DNA of 5,604 bases from positions 1-5,604 of the forward strand of contig JBJCIZ010000443.1 in the NCBI GenBank assembly GCA_051294375.1, read 5' to 3'. The position numbers were made by a program, and so were the translations under genes. The stretch comes from Paraspadella gotoi. Taxonomy: Eukaryota > Animalia > Chaetognatha. Shown here piece after piece: positions 1 through 5,604 of the stretch (position 1 is its first letter; every line of letters starts with the position of its first letter). The notes under the pieces are model-generated. The model saw only the letters and a list, made by a program, of their open reading frames with translations, was not told the origin of the DNA and made no database searches.

Positions 1-1263
1 TTTTATTCCCCCTTTTGCTTTTTTCCGTTTCGGCCGAGCATCTCCTAGGTATTCTCTGCTCAACTAAACGTGAGCGAAAAAAAAAGGAAAATATCAAACA
101 TTTCAAGGTTAGCTATAAATTCGCATAGTACTGATCATAGAAACCCATTGAATCACATTTAACACAAAATCTTTCTCCTTAATTGCTCTGAAAGTAAAGT
201 TAGGAAATTCCCCGCCACGAACACAAAGAGAACATTCAAATTGGAAATGAGGAAAGAAGGAGAGGAACCAAGCAGCTGGCGTCTATTTAAAAATTAATCA
301 ATTTGGGGACTTAAATCCTAAAAAAAACGTATAGTTAACCTATAATTTACATTTAGTATAAAAAAAATGTAGTTTTTTAATCTTAGCAACTTTAATGTAA
401 GAATCTCTTTTTGGATTAAGACTGTATATTTATAGTATTTGACACAATGAAAAATGGTGTAAGTTCTTTCTCGTGGCATGTTAAAAAAAATTCTAACTGT
501 TCCATTATTTATTGTATTTTTTTATATGTTTATTTTGACGAACGTGGGCCTATTATGTTCTCTATAATGTTGATATTCCGTAAAGTTATCATTGGCCAAA
601 TCTTTTTTTTGTTTTTTAGAGTTATGAACTGAATATGGACGTGAAAGATAATAATTTTTGTTAAAAAAAAGTACTTGTATTCATATTTATTTCATAGAAT
701 TGTAATCAGGAAACAGTTTGAGCAAACAATTGTCGGTCTCCGGTGGCCTACGGGAAAATAATTCAATTAATTGGTCTAATTAGATTATTTAATTAATAGA
801 TGAATTACACTTACTTACACTCGAAAAATTAATTACATAGGATTGAAATTACTAATTTTTATATCTCAGATTTGGTCATCTATCCGATTCGGTCTGTAAA
901 ATTAGTGGTCAGAAAGTTATTAAAACTTGTTCTTTGTCTGGTTTACATTATTATCAAAACAAACAAATATCTCTCTATTATCGGCCAGGCGGTGCCTTTG
1001 CAAAGCCCTGTTCTGGATGCTGTCTAGATTTTTTTCGTGTTTAGCGTTCTCGGGTCTCGCTTTCTTTTGCCATCATTGGCCTTTTTTGGAGGAAGTTGTA
1101 GATATCATAGGGGAGGTTGACTTTTGCACGATTATATTGGTGTCTTTTAATCATCAAGATCTTTAAATATTCTTACTATGTTTTCATATCAATATTCTGG
1201 TATTTAGGTTTAGTGGTCTTTTATTTACTAAACAAAAACGTCTTTTCCCAATTATATGGTCCC

Positions 1264-1430
1264 CGCTCTCTCTCTCTCTTGTTGTTTCCTGCCCGTTCAC
1301 TGTGGTTCTGTCTTACAAACGACTTGGAATGTTCCAGACTCGAGGTTCCTCGGCTCTGCACGCGTCGTGTCAGCTTCTTTTCTCTTTTACTCTCTCTCTC
1401 TCTCGGCACCCATCTCTCCTCTTTTTTTTG
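1264..1430. repeat. (CT)n microsatellites and pyrimidine tract
   Basis: CTCTCTCTCTCTCT at ~1266-1279 and ~1390-1404, with CT-rich flanks. Confidence 0.9.
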
Positions 1431-1628
1431 TGTTTTACAAAAATTTATCTTTTACCGCAGAGTATAATGTTGGTTCACTCTAATGTACAAATAACCTCGA
1501 AGCATGCCGGCAGCAGAACAAGGGCGCGAAACCGGGTCTATTGGGGTTTAGATGAATTAGTCACGCTACCGTGCTGGCGCATAAGGTATACTAGCTTGAT
1601 TCTTAACGAGTGTAAAGGGGCGTTAGAG

Positions 1629-2100
1629 CTTCTCTCTCATCTCTCATACTCTTTAATATATTATATTATATTCGCTCTTCTCTTTCTCTATTTTCTCTCT
1701 GCATGCGCTGTCTCTTTCTTCTCCTCTTCTTTTCTCCATATATATTACGCTTGTCTATCCTCGGTCTCATCTGTATGTGTGTCTGTCCCTTATCTGTACC
1801 GAGTCTTTTTCTGTGATCGTTTGTTTTTTTGAAATTTCTGGATCTATTTTTTCCTTCTAAAAAACGTGTTTTATGGTATGCATTTATCCTGCGCTTTTTC
1901 TTTCAATTACAAAATTCTCCATATTTAACAATACCACAGAGAATTTTCGTTGTGAATTTATTCTCTTTGCTTTTCGTCTCCTCTCTCTAATCACTCCGTT
2001 TTCTATAACTCTCTTCTCTTATCTTTCTTCTGCTCTCCTCTTGTCTGTCCTTCTCGTTCTACTCTCTCTTTTGTCACTCAACTCGCATTTTGTTTGTTTT
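1629..2100. repeat. Degenerate CT-rich low-complexity tracts (1629-1830 and ~1960-2100)
   Basis: Long runs of TCTC/TTCTC with few purines on the + strand. Confidence 0.85.
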
Positions 2101-2103
2101 ATT

Positions 2104-2373
2104 GTACTTGATTCATTCGCGATTCAGTGAATGACAATCATGAATCATTTTATGATATGACATATCATCGCATCACTGAATTGACTAGTCTTCACAGCAA
2201 GTGAAACGCATGACTGATTCATCGCATCAATAATTGATTTATCATCGAATCAATTTTAATTCTATATTTCCTATTCTACATAATAAAATTCACTGATTTA
2301 CATGTGTCATTCAATTAGTATTACCTCAATCCAATTATAGTACATCAACAATCGTTATCGTGATGATCAGTTC
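2104..2373. repeat. Inverted-repeat-rich island, possible decayed MITE/foldback element
   Basis: Several perfect 8-9 bp inverted pairs, imperfectly inverted ends, and loss of the pyrimidine skew seen on both flanks. No clear target-site duplication. Confidence 0.4.
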
Positions 2374-2479
2374 GTTTTTTTCCCGGTTTTTTTCATTAAT
2401 TTTCTTTTCATTACTTTGATAGTGGAGGCCTCTCTGTGCTCGATCTTGATTGTCTTTTAGATGATTTTTTTTATTTTAT

Positions 2480-2575
2480 GTCTTCTCTTCTCTAATCTTA
2501 ACTCTCCTCCTCTCGACTCTCTCTGCTCTCTGCATCACTCCTTCTCTTCTCTCTTCTCTGCCTCTCTCTCATTTT
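2480..2575. repeat. Near-pure pyrimidine (CT/CTT) tract
   Basis: TCTTCTCTTCTCT...CTCTCCTCCTCTC...CTTCTCTTCTCTCTTCTCTGCCTCTCTCTC. Confidence 0.9.
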
Positions 2576-2609
2576 ATGCAATTAGCGCTATACATCGATC
2601 CTTATGCTG

Positions 2610-3116
2610 TTTCGACATTTTTTACGTGCCATCATTTTTCAAACTTGATAATTTTTCAACTTGCATACTCGATCAAAACTTTTATTATTCTAGCTGTCTT
2701 CGACTCACTTTTGTCCTACGGCTCCACAAATTCATCTTCCAAACTCTACATGGGTATTAAACATAATTAAAAGATTCAAGTAAATGTGACTCATATTTTT
2801 TTTCATCTCTCAACTCATTTTTCCGCACTTCGGTACGCTTTTCCAACTTGAAACTTTATATCAAGGCTTCGTCACGTACGTTCTTCCTACCACACACAAA
2901 ATTTCAACTCAAATCGTAGTGCCATTCCACATATGATTAATCTGGGAGTATTTATTGCCGTTTAAAATAAGCTAAAAAGATTTTTTTTAGTAAATTCGAC
3001 TTTAATGTTTTCTTTCCATTTTAAAAACTAAATTTCCACTCACACGATTCCATCGAAATTTTATATCCAGCTTATAATACACACACTTTCCTACACACAC
3101 AAATTTAATTCCAATC
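2610..3116. repeat. Decayed tandem repeat, about 2.5-3 copies, period 175-205 bp
   Basis: Collinear anchors: AAA(C/T)TTT at 2676, 2851, 3056; TCCTAC at 2714, 2885, 3089; CACAAA(A)TT after each; AAAAGATT..AGTAAAT..GACT at ~2769-2791 and ~2975-3001. Confidence 0.6.
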
Positions 3117-3309
3117 CAACCAGCCATCACGAGCTTTTGGATCTTTTGCTAAGCATGGAGGAATGCGGCACGGACTTGATTGACCTAATTATAATTTGTA
3201 AAGATAGTCTCGTACGGTTTACTGAAGTAGCTGATATTGCACTGCATTCAGTCGTACTAGCGCTGCTTACGGCGTCGGCGATATTCTGTTTATTTGAGTT
3301 GCGCTATAG

Positions 3310-3556
3310 TTTACTTGGACAATCTTCATCGCACTACCCCGCTGTTTTGATGCGGCGAAGACGATCGACGTTTACGAGGTTTTGAACGATTATTTTGACG
3401 GAAAAACGGTAAAAAATCCTTAATCTGCCCAAAATGTATAGATGAAATTGTTAAATGTAATTTGTACATTGTATTTGATAAATACATTATTTTCCTTGTA
3501 GAGTTTGATTTGAACATTCACTTCATCTGTCGTCGTCACTTCACAGTTCCTAGCAA
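3310..3556 (+). other. Possible exon (3310-3408), GT-AG intron (3409-3501), exon (3502-3556)
   Basis: TATAG|TTT at 3309/3310 opens a 99-nt stop-free GC-richer block (FTWTIFIALPRCFDAAKTIDVYEVLNDYFDGKT). Then come ACG|GTAAAA, an AT-rich 93-nt gap ending TTTTCCTTGTAG, and a second donor-like CAA|GTAAAC at 3556/3557. Confidence 0.25.
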
Positions 3557-3895
3557 GTAAACTTACTCTTCGGTTGAAAACTCACGGGCCATTTGGTTAA
3601 CATAGTAGACAGATTATTTGTTTGATAGGCACTCTTCTGTGTTGAAATCTTCGTATCTTAAATAGTTCAAACTCTATTGTTCCTGTGTGTTCATATTCAA
3701 ACTATTATTATTTACATATTAAAAGAATCAATATTTAGCGAGCAATAGGGGGGCGAAAAATATTAAAACAACCTACTTAAGGCCTGGCCTGGACGAAGCG
3801 AGGGACTTTGGCCTCACGAGTCTCGCGTCTGTAAATTTAAACTATAACCCAGCAGTAGCCAGCGGCTCGCCTGGGCTTCGAATGACGACGCTAAT

Positions 3896-3977
3896 AGCCA
3901 ATCCGGGCTCCACGGCGAAGTGTCGAATTTTCTTTGGGTTTAAATAAGGGGCGCGCGTTCTTTCGGGTATCTTAGTC
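3896..3977 (+). promoter_or_regulatory. Pol II core-promoter-like arrangement: CCAAT box, TATA-like box, initiator
   Basis: AGCCAATC at 3896-3903, TTTAAATAAGGGG at 3939-3951 in a GC-rich context, and TTAGT at 3972-3976 (arthropod Inr-like) about 33 nt after the TATA-like box. Confidence 0.4.
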
Positions 3978-4419
3978 CGTGGCTTCAACATCTTATCGTC
4001 GCCGGACTGCAGCCTTGCGCGCGCGACACGGAGGACGAGGAAGTGTACACGGGCTGATGCGGACGCTCTGAAGCAGTCGAGCCTTCTGTCAGTTCCAGAC
4101 TATCACGATACATCGAAGTGCATCAAAAAGTATGGTAAAGCGCCTATGCCAGGCGACTGGCGATGAGTTGAGACCTTCGCTAGTAAAGGATGATTTTTAA
4201 AGATTCGCGAAATGAGCAAAACAGAAGCGATTGGTTTGGCGGTTCTTAACAAGGTAAATTAACTTGATTTTTTGTGGGATCGTTACCAGTATAAGGCGAC
4301 TACGGGTCAAGCGATCGACGAAATTACAGTGTCTGCCGGTACACGCGTTTGTTCAGACTTTCACGTTTGTACTTGACCAGTCATTCGAGACCGGATCGCG
4401 GCGTGCGGACGGTTTATGG

Positions 4420-4487
4420 AATAATCTGATATTTCGAGTTCCGCTTACCGCCGCATTGTTAGGGAAGTTGTTCTGTTATTGTCTTTG
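4420..4487 (+). terminator. Possible polyadenylation signal variant with a GT-rich downstream element (LTR R/U5 border)
   Basis: AATAAT at 4420-4425 (one mismatch to AATAAA) is followed by GTTGTTCTGTTATTGTCTTTG at 4467-4487. Confidence 0.2.
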
Positions 4488-4550
4488 CCCGTTGTCGAAG
4501 ATTGAGCTGAGGAAAGATTAAGGCAGGGAGGGGGGAGATTGAGCCTTACA

Positions 4551-4566
4551 CGCCGACCCTGCCGGA
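4551..4566 (+). other. Degenerate primer-binding-site-like motif (tRNA-Arg type)
   Basis: CGCCGACCCTGCC-GGA directly follows TTACA. It resembles TGGCGATCCTGCCAGGA, the complement of the insect tRNA-Arg(ACG) 3' end as recalled from memory (13 of 17 positions). The canonical TGG is replaced by CGC. Confidence 0.35.
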
Positions 4567-4621
4567 TAGCCTGGGTTTTTTTTTTTGAACCCCAAAGACA
4601 AAGTCCCCCACCTGCCCGTTT

Positions 4622-5604
4622 ATGCTTATGCACAGCAGCCCCAGCCCGCGCGTCGAGAAATGGCTAGAGGCGTCGCCCGACATTCCCGTATCGCCGATCC
4701 GCTCGGAGAAATCCGTCAAGTCAAAGATTAGTGCTCCGCCGTCGATGAAACCAGCGTCCCGTACGTCGTCCAAATCATCTCGTGAGACAGTTCGTCAAAG
4801 GTTGCTACACGTTCTGGATAAAGTGGAGAAAGAGAGAGCGAATATAGCATTGGAGGAAAGGAGGATAGAGTTAGAGGCGAGGGAACTAAGAATCGAAAAT
4901 GAGGAAAGAAAAGTGAAAGAAAAACTGCGCCGTCATGATGAGCGTTGCTACGAGGAGCGCCTCAAGGAGCGCCGCCGCGAGGAGCGCCGCCGAGGAGAAG
5001 AGTGCCGTAATGAGAAGATGAGTGTTCGCAACTGTGAGAGGATTGCTCCGCCAAGAATCATTTAGGATGTCGTCACCATGAAGGACGCCGCCAAGAGGAA
5101 GGCGCTGCCCAAGAGGAGGGTTTGGAGTGCTGGTTGGATCAGCGCCGCCGAGAGGAGCGCCGACGTGAGGATCGCCGCCGAGAGGAGCGCCGCCATGAGT
5201 GCCGTTTGGAGGATTACCGACATGAGGAGCGCCGCCGGGAGGAGAGTCGCCGAGCGGAGCGCCGCATTGAGGAGTGGCGACACGAGGAGCGCCGCCGGGA
5301 GGAGCGCCGCCGGGAGGAGCGCCGCCGAGAGGAGCGCCGCCAAGAGGAGCGCCGCCAAGAGGAGCGCCGCTCCAAAGATCGCCGTATCGGGGAGCGCCAT
5401 CGAGAAACTAATCGAGAGGAATGCCGAGATCGAGAGGATTGCAACGGCGTGCTGGTAGACGCGGAACCATCGCCAACAAATGTGCCTAAAACGATTGTCA
5501 CTGCGGTAAGGAAGCGGGAAAAGGAGAACGAGGGAGAAGCACCCAGTCAAAGTTTGTTCCTGCTATTCCAAGAAATGGGGAGAAAGATGTTAGAGATGCT
5601 TGCC
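4622..5604 (+). pseudogene. Frameshifted Gag-like / charged coiled-coil gene (ORF 4622-5065 in frame +2 continuing in frame +1 from 5038 to the window end), 3' end outside the window
   Basis: Frame +2 from ATG 4622 gives a Ser/Pro-rich N-terminus (RVEKWL...SIRS-like SPIRSEKSVKS...SRTSSKSSR), a coiled coil (EKERANIALEERRIELEARELRIENEE) and EERRR units, stopping at TAG 5063-5065. Frame +1 is stop-free from 5038 to 5604: EDCSAKNHLG...RRREERRREDRRREE...(EERRR)n...AEPSPTNVPKTIVTAVRKREKENEGEAPSQSLFLLFQEMGRKMLEMLA. The same 15-bp unit reads EERRR on both sides, so this is one gene with a -1 shift. The Gag assignment is by architecture only. Confidence 0.6.
4952..5370 (+). repeat. Coding 15-bp minisatellite GAGGAGCGCCGCCRR (EERRR/EERRQ), degenerate at the 5' side and near-perfect at 5284-5370
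   Basis: Six consecutive units start at 5284, 5299, 5314, 5329, 5344 and 5359. Further diverged units occur at 4952-4993 and 5083-5270. Confidence 0.95.

Larger units (their letters stand above)
3776..4550 (+). repeat. Candidate 5' LTR (~775 bp)
   Basis: The right end is GCCTTACA (canonical ...CA). TAAGGC at 3778-3783 is the inverse of GCCTTA at 4543-4548 but lacks the leading TG; TGTAA at 3830 is an alternative start. Only one copy is visible. Confidence 0.3.
3776..5604 (+). mobile_element. 5' portion of a putative LTR retrotransposon, possibly BEL/Pao-like; left boundary uncertain
   Basis: There is an abrupt GC/CpG rise near 3740. The order of parts fits: Pol II promoter motifs, poly(A)-like signal, TTACA terminus (4546-4550), PBS-like motif, ATG about 70 nt later, Ser-rich plus coiled-coil ORF. 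No protease, RT, integrase or second LTR lies within the window. Confidence 0.45.

Noticed and set aside
734-760. tRNA or tRNA-derived SINE head (CCGGTGGCCTACGGG, A-box-like)
   Set aside because: No B box (GTTCRA) or cloverleaf lies downstream; the sequence turns AT-rich at once.
447-2770. F/L/S-rich + strand ORFs (447, 927, 1117, 1256, 1302, 1873, 2461, 2576) and the R/E-rich minus ORF 1221-1409
   Set aside because: Their composition is dictated by CT/T-rich low-complexity DNA. They overlap in several frames, some start at TTG, and none has a recognisable domain.
3948-4253. Frame +3 interrupted only by two TGA codons (alternative genetic code or selenocysteine)
   Set aside because: There is no start context or recognisable protein, and two TGA-only stops in about 100 GC-rich codons are expected by chance.
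4573-4593. Rho-independent terminator (hairpin with T11)
   Set aside because: The T run lies inside the hairpin rather than after it, and the context is eukaryotic.
4507-4600. Hammerhead ribozyme core (CTGAGGA at 4507-4513; CTGATGC at 4054)
   Set aside because: There is no stem II followed by GAAA at the required position, and no stem I/III closure with an NUH site.
4264-4773. ORFs 4264-4521 (+), 4445-4633 (-) and 4546-4773 (-)
   Set aside because: They are short, have no domain signal, and overlap the structured leader or are antisense to the better-supported ORF.
5030-5065. Programmed -1 ribosomal frameshift or stop readthrough at TAG 5063
   Set aside because: There is no slippery heptamer. 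Readthrough would enter the RSAA shadow frame, which ends at 5458.
5284-5370. Repeat array as a CRISPR array
   Set aside because: The units are contiguous 15-mers with no unique spacers, and they are protein-coding.
5062-5550. Minus-strand ORFs 5062-5550 (LLAAL repeats) and 5214-5501 (SSRRR), and + strand ORF 5078-5458 (RSAA repeats)
   Set aside because: These are shadow frames of the GC-rich 15-bp repeat, which contains no stops in most frames. The EERRR register matches the upstream ORF and continues into unique sequence.

Overview
This looks like eukaryotic, probably invertebrate, genomic DNA rather than a prokaryotic locus; the taxon is inferred from (CT)n tracts, GT-AG intron-like segments and abundant CpG. 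Positions 1-~3740 are AT-rich and mostly non-coding. They hold one-strand pyrimidine (CT) tracts, a promoter-like island (~1260-1640), a self-complementary island (~2104-2373), a decayed ~175-205 bp tandem repeat (~2610-3116) and a possible decayed exon-intron-exon unit (~3235-3560). From ~3740 the GC/CpG content rises sharply. This part is best read as the 5' end of an LTR retrotransposon, possibly BEL/Pao-like: LTR-like region with CCAAT/TATA/Inr ending in TTACA at 4550, a degenerate tRNA-Arg-like PBS, then a Gag-like coiled-coil gene from ATG 4622. That gene is broken by a -1 frameshift near 5010-5060 and continues in frame +1 to the window end as an EERRR-repeat protein, which the ORF track misses. 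The 4519-4617 leader can form several mutually exclusive stems, including a partial HDV-like nested pseudoknot. Most other listed ORFs look like low-complexity or shadow artefacts. No homology search was possible, so all family calls are inferences.
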